DNA of 64,000 nt from Podarcis filfolensis (taxonomy: Eukaryota): the NCBI GenBank assembly GCA_964270895.1, contig OZ185436.1; one strand, given 5' to 3'. Below the pieces are notes generated by a model. The model ran no database searches, had not been told where the DNA came from, and worked only from the letters and a program-made list of their open reading frames with translations. The translations under genes were made by a program, and so were the position numbers. Below, piece by piece: positions 37,959 through 63,975 of the stretch (its first letter is position 1; each line of letters begins with the position of its first letter).

Positions 37959-38632
37959 AGGCAGTGGCTGTGGTTTTTGTAGCACACAGCTTGTAGTCCC
38001 ACACTTGTGTTGGTGTCAGCAATGCTGATAACTACCACATTTGGGTGTGCATGTTTTATCTAAACATGGGTCTGTAACAGCAAGGGTTACAGGGTTTTCA
38101 GAAGATGTGCAGTACAACGGTGCCAGATTGTTGCAAGTGGTCTTGAGGGTAGGGTTGCCACCCGTCCTGTATAATACAGGATCGCCCTCTATTTCAGTGT
38201 AAAATGCTACGTCCTGCATTCAATACAGGAGACAGCTTGCCCTGTTTTTCCTCAGCGCTCTTTTTCTCTGCCAAGTTAGGGATCCTCTCCAAATGCATGT
38301 GTGCGAAAGGTCGTGTATTTAAGCCCTGGGTAGCAAAGCAAAGACAATTTACAAATTCATATGTGTGTGTGTGTGTGTGTGTTTGACAGATTTCAGAGGG
38401 ACTATCCTGTTAGGCTGCAATTGATTGTAATGGATTGTTTTGAAATCACTCAAGCAACAGATGCGAGGTGGAAATTGCACCCGCCCCACCATTCTGTATT
38501 TTGCCAGAACAAAGGTGTCAACCCTAGCGTGTATAAGTGTATCTCAGACTTATACAGGTGAGTGCCAGGGGAAACAGAATCACAAGGGCTTTGGTCTCCC
38601 TTCAGCAAGGCAGTCCTACAAAATATCATGTA

Positions 38633-38863
38633 CAGTGGTACCTAGGGTTACATACGCTTCAGGTTACATACGCTTCAGGTTACAGACTCTGTGAACCCAT
38701 AAATATTACCTCAGGTTAAGAACTTTGCTTCAGGTTGATAACAGAAATGGCGCTGCAGCAGCAGGAGGCCCCATTCGCTAAAGTGGTGCTTCAGGTTAAG
38801 AACAGTTTCAGGTTAAGAACGGACCTCCAGAACTAATTAAGTTCTTAACCTGAGGTACCCCTG
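38633..38863 (-). mobile_element. MITE family A between SIRT7 and PCYT2
   Basis: TIRs CAGTGGTACCT...AGGTACCCCTG, TA-flanked. Confidence 0.9.
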
Positions 38864-39267
38864 TACAGCATTTGAGGGTCCTGGGGTAGGGAACAGGCGC
38901 CAATTTGCTTCTTATGATGCAAAGGCTTACATCTGGCGCGGAAAAGAGCTCAAATGTCTCCAGCAGCGGAGGAAGGCCGGTGAGCGTCCGGCGCAAGGGA
39001 GATGGTGCAGCGCTGAAGGACCGAGAGAACGGGGCGCCCGGTCCCCACTCAGTAGACGGTTCCTGTGAAGGGGGCGGGGCGCCGCGCGCGCCGCAAGGCA
39101 GCCGGGGGAGGGCGCGCGCCGCCTGTTGGTCAGGTGACGGCCACCGAAGATGGCTGCGCGCTCGAGAGCTGCGGCTCCTCCCTGACCACGTGACGAGGGA
39201 GGTCCCAGCGAGTGACAGCGCCGGGGTCAGGCCAGCCGCCCAAGAGCCCGGCACTCGCTGGCCGGAG

Positions 39268-52584
<13,317 letters not shown>

Positions 52585-53608
52585 CATGGGGGACAGTGTA
52601 GCAGAATCCTTCCCTCCTGGAGCAGCAATATTTTCCTGGAGGAGAGGATACTGCTGCCAGCCTTAGGAAGGCCTGTGGTAACAATTCTCCCGTGTGTGGG
52701 GAAGATCCCGGATGCTGCTATCTAGTTAGCCCAGGCCCACTCCCATGGGAAGATTTTAACATTGCCCTCTCAATAGCAGGTTTCAATTCCAATGAATGTT
52801 TGCAACATGGTGTGATTTCACCTGACATATTGGAGCTGGGGAGTCAGGGTTATCTCTGCTCAACTTCTTATTGAGTCTCTGCATCTCGGAGCATCTCTCT
52901 GATTTCTGCCTGCCAGAGACAATTTTTTAATCTTTACAACCGTCCTTTCTGGTCTGGCTCATTGCTTACAGCATTAATAGGATCCCAGAGCATTTGCTCA
53001 ACAGCAGTGCTTGCTGGAGTTGGGCTCCAAGCCAGACTGACCACTACATTTCCTAGCTTGGGCACAAAGGGTTCTCTAAGTGGCCTGTTGCTGCTTGCAC
53101 ACACTGCCTTGCATCTGGTACCTACAAAATATTTCCAAGCTGTAACAGTGGATGGAGCTTAGGCAAGTCCCAGGGTTCCCCGGTGGTAGACAGTGGCCCT
53201 CACTACTCTGTACTATGGCCAAGCAAGAGATTGGTGGCACTGCAATTCTCAATGTTCTCACCGCATAGATCTTCAGAATGTGCTTGGAGCTCCATCCTAA
53301 AGCCCCAGTACGTTGCTTCACAACCACGGCTTCATTCTCATCCAAATGGGCCTTGTGGTTCTTGTGCGGAGAGATGGAGACATCAGATAGATTGAGCCCA
53401 GTATACTGCGTATTGTATTTAAAATGCTTTGTGCTGCTAAAGTTGAATGCTTTGTGGTGAGATCTAGGTGCAGATCACTGTCTGAGGCATCTTTTCATGC
53501 GTAGTGGGAAACACATGGGGGGGGCGCATGTGACCATGGGGCTCTTCCCTGTCCAGGCAGGCTCTGTGTCTTTTCTATCTCTCTTGTACAATTTCAGCGG
53601 TGGAAATT

Positions 53609-53614
53609 AATAAA
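53609..53614 (+). terminator. Candidate PCYT2 poly(A) signal
   Basis: AATAAA about 1 kb after the stop codon, at the end of UTR-like sequence and just before a repeat-rich stretch. Confidence 0.5.
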
Positions 53615-54905
53615 ATGTTGATGACTTACTTGTGTGGGAGTGATTACTTTATTTTATTTATTAAATTTCTATCCCACCCTTCATCTGAAGATCACAGGGC
53701 AGTTTACAATGTAAAAGTACAAAATACATACCATAATAACAAACAAAAAAACAATAGCCCCCATATTATTGTTATTAGCCCTGCTTTTGGGCTTCCTGAG
53801 AAGCATGTGTTTGGTCATTGTGAGTGCTGGGGCAACCCAGTAAAATGTGTGTAGGGTATAAATAGTAAAATTAACATTATGGAATGGGACATTCCTATTT
53901 TCATCGGAGAAATGTTGGTGGGTATGGGACTGCGCCTTGTGTTACATTTCCCAGAAACTTCTGTATTCTTTAAGTGGGAAATTCACGTCTGAAGATGGGA
54001 GGAGCGGCAACACGACATACACAAAGATGCACCACCTAGCAATTTGTTAGTTTTCATTTTGTTTATAAAGCCTAAAAGATAATCTCTCATAACCACTATT
54101 TCCCTCAGTTCCTTGGACTCCCTTTGCAATGAAAGTCATTTTAGGCATAGGGATCTGCTCTATATCTTCTGCTGTAAGGCCCTAACTGTGACATTTTGCC
54201 ACTTTGCTTCTTCCTTCCCACTCCCCCTGTGCCTGTGCCCCCTCCAGCTTCTAGTTGCCATCAGGCACCCACTAGCTTGTCCCTGCCACTCACCACTGAC
54301 AGACACTCGCCACTCCTGGATTCCTGATCCCCCTCTGCTGTAGCTGTGCCCCCCTGCCACTACCAATCCATGGCCACACACACCACAGTCCACACACCCC
54401 AACTACCAGTCCTTCAGGGCTTCCCCAGGAGGCGAAGGCACAGCAGTGGGTAGGCCGCAGCAGTGGGGTGGCATGGGCACAGTGAAGGAGGAGCAGGATG
54501 AAGCAATGAGCACCAGGCAGCAGCAGCAGCAAGCAGCAGGTGGTGTTTGCAGCAGCAAGTGGCAGGAGCCCACCGCCCTGTGGCAATGCGCACTGGGTGT
54601 GCAGTGGCAGCACTGCCCCAGGAGCCTGGCACCCTGAGGCAGCTGCCTCACTGTGCCTCATGAGCAGGCAGGCCCTGTCTGCTGTGAAGCCAAATGCAAA
54701 TAAGTCGTTCAGCTTCTCTGCACTCTCCTTAGCCTCCTTTGCCCTACTGTTGACTCCCTTGGCATGCAAAGGTCCAACCGCCTCCCTAGCCAGTCTCCTG
54801 TCGTTAACGTATTTAAAGATTTTTGTTGACTGTCTTTATGGTTGGCCTTCATGGTTTAAGCAACGTGCTCCTCAAATTCTTTTTTTAGTATCCCTTATTA
54901 AACCT

Positions 54906-55424
54906 GCTTCTTGGGAGAAAAGCAATGACAAACCTAGACAGCATCTTAAAAAGCAGAGACATCACCTTGCTGACAAAGGTCCGTATAGTTAAAGCCATGG
55001 TTTTCCCAGTAGCGATGTATGGAAGTGAGAGCTGGACCATAAAGAAGGCTGATCGCCAAAGAATTGATGCTTTTGAATTATGGTGCTGGAGGAGACTCTT
55101 GAGAGTCTCATGGAAGATCAAAAAGATCAAGAAGATCAAACCTATCCATTTTGAAGGAAATCAGCCCTGAGTGCTCACTGGAAGGACAGATCCTGAAGCT
55201 GAGGTTCCAATACTTTAGCCACCTCATGAGAAGAGAAGACCCTGATGCTGGGAAAGATGGAGGGCACAAGGAGAAGGGGACGACAGAGGACGAGATGGTT
55301 GGACAGTGTTCTTGAAGCTGCCAACATGAGTTTGACCAAACTGCGGGAGGCAGTGGAAGACAGGAGTGCCTGGTGTGCTCTGGTCCATGGGGTCACGAAG
55401 AGTTGGACACGACTAAACAACAAC
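54906..55424 (+). mobile_element. BovB (RTE-clade) LINE, 5'-truncated 3' end
   Basis: Encodes MTNLDSILKSRDITLLTKVRIVKAMVFPVAMYGSESWTIKKADRQRIDAFELWCWRRLL and, after frameshifts, MLGKMEGTRRRGRQRTRWLD. It has a (CAA)n tail and a 9-bp TSD ATTAAACCT at 54897 and 55425. Confidence 0.93.
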
Positions 55425-56857
55425 ATTAAACCTTTATTTTATTTTATTTTTTGGCCAAAGTTTGTGTTCCCTTTTTTGTTCTCACTTGGACAAGGCTTCC
55501 ATTAGAAAATGGAATGGCTCTGTTAGCTTCTTTGGCTCTGCTGTTAACGACACTTGGCCCATTGATTTCTAGGGGTAGCTTTCGTTTCCTAGGGAAGAAG
55601 TGGGAAGTGGCCTTGAAGGATCAGTAGAAGGGTAGGTGGGAAGGAGACCAGTAGTGGGGTTGGGGGGAGAGGAAATTGTTGTGTTCATCCTAAGAGTTGT
55701 AACAATAATGTTGTGTTTTCTGCAGAGAGTGGCTGGCAGATTCAAGACCCTGCCACCAAACATGTAATATTTGGTGAGGAAGATTGTCTTTGGGGAGCAC
55801 GGAGTAGTTTCACAGCACTTCCGGGCTTCAATCTCCTTTGCCACTCTGACTGCCCACCTGGACAAGAGGGGCTGCTGTGGCCTGGGCACCTCCTCTCCTC
55901 CTTTCCTAGCCAAGTGCCACCTGCCTATGGGCCGTTGACTGAGCTCTGTGCCCCATCCCACCTCTCGCTGGAACCTTAACAAAGTGGCATTCATGCCCTG
56001 AAACTCCTCTCCTTCTGAGCATCTCATGTTTGTTTTTAATCTTCGCCTTGTTACCATTTTTGAATTAATTTCTCTGAAACTTGAAACTCCTCTGGGCCCG
56101 GCCGCTTCTGCAGAGTGCGAGATTTGGAAAGGATTTTTCATTAAATGCAAACAGCTCAGCCCAAAGTGGCAAATCTACCGCGGGCTGTGCATTTCCATAG
56201 GAAGAAGTTGCCGCTGGCTTCCAACTGTTTGAAAATTGTTATTAAAAATGTCAGACTTATTTAATTTTTGCCTTCCCTGCTGCTTCGCAGCCTGAATCTG
56301 AAACTTCAGGTCTACTCAATCAAATGCAATGAGCAGTGCCTGGCGGAGCTGGAGTTACTCACAACACCTTATTGTTCTTTCTGATCACAAACCCTTTTGC
56401 ATTTTACATTTTCCCTGCTCTTAAAGTGCCTGTGGGTCCCTGCCTTTCTGTGCTGGCATTTGCTGATGGGTTGTTTCCCCCTTGGGGAATGGGAGATGGT
56501 AACGAACTTGGAGTTAGATTATGGGGAAGGTTCATGAATTTCAAATGGAGGCTGTTTACTGTTGCCTGTCTCAATAAAAGCTCTGGGACCTGGCAGTCAT
56601 TGCTCGCTCACTTGTAGGAGCAATCTTGTTCCATTAAACTAGTAGTGGGGAGCCTGGAGCTCTCCAGATGATCCTGGACTACAACAGGGCCATTGGCCAG
56701 GCTGATGCGAGTTGGAGCCTAATAACATCTGGAGGACTGAAGATTCTTCCAATGCCACTGCCTACATTACCCCAATGGTCCACTTTCTAGTCCAGTATTC
56801 TGTTCCTGTGGCCAGTTTTTAGAATCAGTAAAGTTTAACACAGAGTACTTCATCCCT

Positions 56858-57224
56858 GGGATGCGGGTGGCACTGTGGGTTAAACCACAGAGCCTAGGAC
56901 TTGCCAATCAGAAGGTCGGCAGTTCGAATCCCCGCTACGGGGTGAGCTCTCGTTGCTCGGTCCCTGCTCCTGCCAACCTAGCAGTTCGAAAGCACGTCAA
57001 AGTGCAAGTAGATAAATAGGTACCACTCCGGCGGGAAGGTAAACGGTGTTTCCGTGCACTGCTCTGGTTTCACCAGAAGTGGCTTAATCATGCTGGCCAC
57101 ATGACCCAAAATCTGTCTGCAGACAAACGCCGGCTCCCTCGGCCTATAGAGCGAGATGAGCGCCGCAACCCCAGAGTTGGTCACGACTGGACCTAATGGT
57201 CAGGGTTCCCTTTACCTTTACCTT
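56858..57224 (+). mobile_element. Sauria SINE
   Basis: Head GGGATGCGGGTGGCACTGTGGG, B box GTTCGAATCCC, tail TTTACCTTTACCTT; TSD TACTT(C/A)ATCCCT. Confidence 0.92.
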
Positions 57225-57266
57225 TACTTAATCCCTAAGCTTCTGCTGGCCTGACCTACAGGGATA

Positions 57267-57484
57267 CAGTGGTACCTTGGTTCTCGAACTTAATTCATTC
57301 CGGGAGTCTGTTCAACTCCTGAAACCGTTCGACAACTAAGGCATGGCTTCTGATTGGCTGCAGGAGCGTCGGACGTTCAGCTTCCGAAAAATGTTTGCAA
57401 ACCAGAACACTTAATTCTGGGTTTGCAGCATTCAGCAGCCAATTTGTTCGACAACTAAGCCGTTTGAGAACCAAGGTACCACTA
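57267..57484. mobile_element. Tc1/mariner-type MITE, family B
   Basis: TIR CAGTGGTACCTTGG..CCAAGGTACCACT, TA-flanked. The interior differs from family A but matches the reverse of 58567-58811. Confidence 0.8.
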
Positions 57485-58566
57485 TACCATGAAACTGAAT
57501 GCCCTGTGACCCACTTATTAAAAATGACCACAATATATGCTTAAAAATACCTGTGCTGAACTTTTTGTGTTTGTAAAAGGGTTCACTACACATCTTGGGG
57601 AATTTTCCGTTCATCTTGGAGCCTAGACTGATGTGCTTATGTACAAAGGTCAGGAAGGAATAAGGGAAACTGAATCTTAACTAGTCCTTAATTCTGGCTT
57701 GATCTGCCTACCCATTGCTTAATATTAAGGAGTGGAGGCACTGCTATTATTGTATCAAGAGCACGTTGCAGAAAACTTCCACAACGAAACACCAGTTTGG
57801 AGGGGCCCACGTTTTCTTGTCAGTATTAGCAGGGCAGCAAGTGTGAATTTTGGGGGCCAAGAGCATCAGCAGACCAATACAGAGCCTGCAGTGTAAGATA
57901 GGCTTCATACAGGTGAGTTGCATGCAGAAGGACAGTTTGTATGCGAGGGCCCTCAGAAGATGTAGCACACCATTATGGATGAGGGCAGGTTGGTCTCACC
58001 GTAATAGTGTTGCCATGCACTTTCCTTTGTGAATGGGTACTATATATTTGTGAATGGGCACACATGTGAATGGGTACTATTCATTAAAAGGGGAGGGAGT
58101 GAAATAATGATTTAGGGACACTGTGGAAGTAAGTGCTAAACCTTTCCCACCTTTCTAGTGATTCCAGCCACTGAGAGTCAAACCTGCTCTTACTAGGATT
58201 CTGTTTTGTTGATCACTAGAATGTGAAGCAATGGCAGAACTGGGTATATGTTCGACAATTTCCCCCCAAACTTGGGTCTCCAGCTGTTTCTGGACTACAA
58301 TTCCAATCATCCCTGACCACTAGTTCTGCTAGCTAGGGATGATGGGAGTTGTAGTCCAAAAACTACAAAGTTTGGGAAACACTGTGTTAGACTATAATGG
58401 GAATGAAAACTTTGCCCGCACAAAACATACATCAGCCTTCCCCAACCTCATGTCCTCCAGCTGCTTTGGGCTACAGCTCTCAGCAACCAATCAGCATGGC
58501 TGTGTTGGTTGTGGCTGATGGGAGTTGTAGTCCAAAACATTTTGACAGTATGGGATACTTGCTATA

Positions 58567-58811
58567 CAGTCATACCTTGGTTGTCAAATGCCTTGGTACT
58601 TGGACATTTTGGCTCCCGAACACAGCAAACCTGGAAGTGCGTGTTTTGGTTTGCCAACTTTTTTGGAAGCTGAACGTCCAACACGGCTTCCAGTTGAGTG
58701 CAGAAAGCTCCTGCAGCCAATCGGAAGCCGTGCCTTGATTTTTGAACCACTCCTGGAGTCAAACGGACTCCCAGAAAGGATTAAGTTCAACAACCAAGGT
58801 ACCTACCACTG
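58567..58811. mobile_element. Tc1/mariner-type MITE, family B (opposite orientation)
   Basis: TA-flanked; shares the ctgcagccaatc/gaagctgaacgtcc core with the 57267 copy. Confidence 0.8.
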
Positions 58812-59725
58812 TAATAGATGTGCTGCACACCAATGCCTGTTAATATAAAGCACATTGTGTGACAAATTATATGTTATGACAATGGCATGTTGTCGAATTC
58901 TTGGAAAAGGTATTTCAATACATTACATAGGGAGATGCCTTATATTGAATGAGGCCATTGGTAAGCCTGGCTCAGTATTGTCTATACTGATTGGTTGTTG
59001 CTTTATAGACGAGTTTCAGGCAGGAGTCTTTGTACTGGAGACACCAAGGATGGCAACTGGTACCTTCTGCATGCAAAGAAGACACTCCACCATGGAGCTC
59101 TGGCCCTGGTTGCTAGAACTAAATGTGAAATCTTATTTCTGAACGCTCTGCTTGGGTATTTTATTTATCGTCTGGTATCTTTCAGGAGCCAGCAAGGCTT
59201 GGGCTTGAAGAACGCTGCTACAAAGAAATTGATTTTATGTCACAGGAAGAATCTAGAAGTACCCCAGTGACAAAACAGTAGCTGGAGGGGTTAGTACAAG
59301 TGATGGTGAGAGAGCAAGCGCTCTTCAATAACCACTCAGGTGATTTTGATCTATGGTCATCTCTCCATTAGTGCTTTGTTGGTAGCTGGTTTGTGAGGGT
59401 TCTTTTCCCTCACCCCTTCCATTATTCTGGGTGTTCTTAACTTTGTGTGTCTGTGGGAACACATAAACAAGATTCAAAGGATGCATTTGTGTCAGATACA
59501 GTGGAAGTTATATAAGATGACAAGGAGTAGAGAGCTGAGCTCCTTGGAGAAAATGTCTTGTGGAAGTTTCTGTTAGCTGTGGTACAGCTGCTGTCTTCTG
59601 AGTACAATGTTCCTTAGAATAGTTTCTACTGCAAAAGGGGCCTTCTGTCCTCCTTCTCACATTTAGTTTGATTAATTCAGTTGGGACTGGTGTTATCTGA
59701 GCGACTCTGTCTTAGAGGAAGTCAA

Positions 59726-60396
59726 GGTAAAAGGTAAAGGACCCCTGGATGGTTAAGGTGACTATGGGGACGCAGGTGGTGCTGTGGCTAAACCACTGAG
59801 CCTCTTGGGCTTGCTGATCAAAAGGTCGACAGATCGAATCCCTGTGACTGAGTGAACTCCCGTTGCTCCGTCCCAGCTTCTGCCAACCTAGCAGTTCAAA
59901 AGCAAACCAGTGCAAGTACAGTGGTATCTCTGGTTACGTACTTAATTCGTTCCGGAGATCCGTTCTTAATCTGAAACTGTTCTTAACCTGAAGCACCACT
60001 TTAGCTAATGGGGCCTCCTGCTGCCGCCGCGCCGCCAGAACATGATTTCTGTTCTCAACCTGAAGCAAAGTTCTTAACCTGAGGCAGTATTTCTGGGTTA
60101 GCGGAGTCTGTAACCTGAAGCGTCTGTAACCTGAAGCGTAGGTAACCCGAGGTACCACTGTAGATAAATAGGCACCGCTGTGGCAGGAAGGTAAACGGCA
60201 TTTCGGTGCACTCTGGTTTCTGTCACGGTGTTCCATTGTGCCAGAAGCGGTATAGTCATGCTGGCCACATGACCTGGAAAGCTGTCTGTGGACAAACGCC
60301 GGTTCCCTTGGTCTGAAAGAGAGATAAGCACCGCAACCCCATAGTTGCCTTTGACTGGACTTAACTGTCCATGGGTCCACTACCCTTTTTTTACCT
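59726..60396 (+). mobile_element. Sauria SINE with 5' inverted tail piece and a nested MITE
   Basis: 14-bp TSD TTAGAGGAAGTCAA at 59712 and 60397; SINE head begins at about 59766. Confidence 0.88.
59919..60160 (+). mobile_element. MITE family A nested in Sauria SINE
   Basis: Inserted at the TA of the SINE motif gtgcaagTAgataaatagg, which is duplicated on both sides. Confidence 0.92.
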
Positions 60397-62291
60397 TTAG
60401 AGGAAGTCAATATCCTCAGCCTGTTTGTGACAGCACCCTTAGTGCCGGAAGGGGTCTATATACAAAGGAACATATCTGACACCTCATCCTCTTGTCCACC
60501 ACATCTTGTCCACCAAGCACTTGAGAGGGCTGCTTGCCTCTTACAGTTCAGGGATAGGACCCTCCAGATGTTGCTGGAATGAACCACAATCCCCATCACC
60601 CCAGACCACTGACCATGCTGGCTGGGACTGATGGGAGTTGGAGTCCAAACACCATCTGGAGTAACACCGGTTTCCCACCCCAAATTACATACTGAATGCT
60701 TTTGATAGGGCGGAATTGACAGCTACTTTCTCTCTTCCAAATTGTTAGCACTCTGGCTTTGTTCTTTTTGGGGAGAAACTCAGTGGTTGGGAAGGAGTCC
60801 TTCTCTCCTCGCAGGCAACTACTGCTGCTGCTTCTGTTTTCTTTGAGAGTGCCACCTCACCTGGTACTCTGAAACCAGAGCTGCAGTCGTGTCTCTGTTC
60901 CCTCCCTCTCCCAATTTGTGTGGAAAGTGTTAGTGTGTGAAGCTCATAGCTCCCATTCTGATATCAAAGGGTCTGCAAGGTCATTTGATAAGGCACTGCT
61001 TGTTGCTTTCTAACTTGACTCATCATTTGGATTTTCTACTCTCATCTGAAGCCATCACAGAGTAAATGGAAGGCAGTACAGATGCAATTACAGCTTTGCA
61101 GTAAATGGGATGATGATTGACTTGGATAAGTCACACAAGTGCACCCAGTGCTGTGTAAATTGCTTAACCCAGTGGCCGTTTAAGAGCTGTGGAGTGATAG
61201 CTGCACCTGAGAATCAGGACAAGGAGGGAGCTTGTCCTCAAAATTAGGAATTTCGGGGTACTTTCCATGGTCTTTATGCTCCCTGAACTTCACTTGTCTT
61301 TTATGGAGGGGATCTAATGCAGGGATGGAGAATCTGTGGCTCTCTAGATTCTGTTAGATGAAGCCAATGGTCAAAGAAAGATGGAAGTTGTAGTCGAGCC
61401 ATATTGGGGGGTGGGGGCACATTCCTAAACTGTAGAAAAGAAGCCCACAAAAAGATATTCCCTCTCTAGCACCAGAGTGAGCACAGTGTCACAGAGTGTA
61501 TCTATGTACTCTTCCCCAGCCCCTTTGTTACTGGGCTCCATGTGGGGCTCTGCATCACTCTTTCATCTTTGAGTGTCGCCAGTGGAATTCTCTGAGCACT
61601 TCTTGTCCTGCCTGCTGCTCTACAGCACGGGTGGCAGCGACTGCTCCTTGGCACTGGCTCTTTCCAGGGCCTGGGGCTTCTGTCTGGGCGTGCAGGTGGT
61701 TTGGGGTTGGGGAGGTGATTAGTATGGAAATGGTAGGATGCGTAGAGCTAGCTTGTTATTGCTACCGCAGGGTGCGTGCTGTGTCTGGCAGCCTCCACAG
61801 AGCCAGGGTTCCCCCCCCCACTCCGCCCAACCTTCCAAATGTCAATAAATGTCAGTGGAATTAACTGCTAACTGGTGGGATGATGGAGCAGCCTAAAGGA
61901 GACAGAGGAACCCAATCCATGTGTAGGTGGGCAACTGGCACTGCCTGTCTGAGATGGCTGTGCTTTTGGAATCATGAAAAAAAAACGTCCCCTGGGGCCA
62001 AGAAGTTTGGGGAGTGGGAAAGTTTACAGCAAAGTTCTTGGATATTTCCAAGATTAAACTGAAAACAGAAAAAAGGGAGGGAATGGGGGTTTTGGGGGGG
62101 GAAGCAGAGAAAGGATCATTTTTTCATAGTACTCCCAAGGCCACATTCCGAGTGTGTTTACACTCCTGTCCTTATCCCAAAGTGGGACAACTGCATTGTC
62201 TCCCAAGATGGATGGAGGCAGAGAAGGGAGGCAGAACATAGCAATTGAGACTAGCTCATCGTGGTGTTCCTCTAAGCTTATGTGGATGTAA

Positions 62292-62768
62292 AAAGGTAGG
62301 TAAAGGACCTCTGTGTGCTGGGCCCAGGGGTAACCCATGAAACTCAGTCCAGGACTGGTCCAGAATCTGAAGGATCCACTAGGAGTCAGTCTGACAGGGC
62401 AAAGGCAGGACACGAAGCAGGAAACCAGGCAAGTACAGGTACAGGATCTCAGGCAGGATCTAACATCTAGAGGAGCTGGCATTTGTTCACAGACAGCTTT
62501 CTGGGTCATGTGGCCAGCATGACCAAACCGCTTCTGGCGCGACGGAACACCGTGATGGAAACCAAAGCGCATGGAAACGCTGTTTACCTTTCCACCACAG
62601 CGGTGCCTATTTATCTCCTTGCACTGGCATACTTTCAAACTGCTGGGTTGGCAGAAGTTGGGACAGAGCAATGGGAGCTCACTCCGTAGCAGGGATTCAA
62701 ACTGCCAACCTTCTGATCGACAAGCCCAAGAGGCCCAGTGGTTTAGACCACAGTACCACCTGCGTCCA
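62292..62768 (-). mobile_element. Sauria SINE interrupted by a 152-bp foreign segment
   Basis: Reverse SINE tail at 62292-62313 and body at about 62468-62768; foreign segment 62314-62465. Confidence 0.8.
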
Positions 62769-63589
62769 CTATACACTGTGGTCACCTTAGCGTATGCTTA
62801 TATGTGCTGTGATCTTCTTTTCAACTTATATTCATGAAATGGGGGTGTCTCACCTTGTACAGTAACAGCAAATGCTTATCAGATAAGATATGGGGTAAGG
62901 CGTTCAGTATAGGATGATATTATTGAGGGAATTGAAGTGTCAGTGTGACTGCCTGCAGTCACCCTTAAAAAAACCAAAACCTGACCCCAACATTGCAGCA
63001 TGATTACATTGGACCAGTACTTGCAGAGATGGATGAAGGGATCTCCAGAACCTGATGGACTTTTTAATTACACAACCACTGAGAGAACAGGAGCAGTCGA
63101 GATATGGGATGGACACTTTTCCAATATATTATTGACCGAGTTGAATCCGGAGAGTAGGCTAGTTCTAGGATAAAACCCATTGATTTCTTAATACCATGTG
63201 GGATGTGCATTGGTCGTGCAATTAGCCCCAGCCCCCTCTTCATGGGCAGTCATGACATTTATCTAATCCCCAATAATTTTGACTGGAGGAGAGGAAGGGA
63301 AGGAACTAGCAGTCCTCCAGATTTAGGTGCGCCAGGCTGGGAAACACCTTGTTTCCATTTCAAACAGCTTGTCACATGAGATTAAATGCCTCTCACCTCT
63401 GCCCACCCCCAATATTGGCACCCAATTCAGGATGCATTTAAGCTTTGCTCTGGAGGGAGCATCACTTTCAGTGCAGGATAAGTTCCAAGTATGTGTGGCT
63501 GTCCTGTAGTTGGGGAAAAGATGGAAACAAGAGATGCTAACCTGGTCCCCACCAACAGGCAGAGTAAGGCAGTGAGAGAAAATAAGTGA

Positions 63590-63935
63590 GGGTGGCACTG
63601 TGGTCTAAACCACAGAGCCTAGGTATTGCCGATCAAAAGGTTGGCAGTTTGAATCCCCGCGATGGGGTGAGCTCCCGTTGCTCGGTCCCTGCTCCTGCCA
63701 ACCTAGCAGTTTGAAAGCACGTCAAAGTGCAAGTAGATAAATAGGTACTGCTCCGGCGGGAATGTAAACGGCATTTCCGTGCGCTGCTCTGGTTCACCAG
63801 GAGCGGCTTAGTCATGCTGGCCATATGACCCGGAAGCTGTATGCTGGCTCCCTTGGCCAATAAAGCGAGATGTGCGCCGCAACTCCAGAGTCGGTCATGA
63901 CTGGACCTAATGGTCAGGGTTCCCTTTACCTTTTT
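63590..63935 (+). mobile_element. Sauria SINE
   Basis: Near full-length, with the same subfamily motifs as the 40839 and 56858 copies. Confidence 0.9.
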
Positions 63936-63975
63936 ATGTTACCTTATGAGGTTTGGGTGGAGAGCTGATCTGTGT

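Noticed and set aside
54180-54770. Five overlapping ORFs in a GC-rich low-complexity patch; checked as possible NPB
   Set aside because: No NPB signal peptide or mature peptide motif. It looks like a decayed repeat (ends gcaggccctg) that I could not classify.
55569-56150. 193-aa minus-strand ORF
   Set aside because: No motif, no convincing splice sites, no recognisable family; within chance expectation.
56858-56945. tRNA-like sequence with A and B boxes
   Set aside because: It is the tRNA-derived head of a Sauria SINE, not a tRNA gene; the same applies to the other copies.
59934-60410. 158-aa ORF and similar ORFs at 4512-4790, 62054-62785, 63633-63860
   Set aside because: Translations of SINE/MITE sequence; the same peptides recur at each repeat copy.
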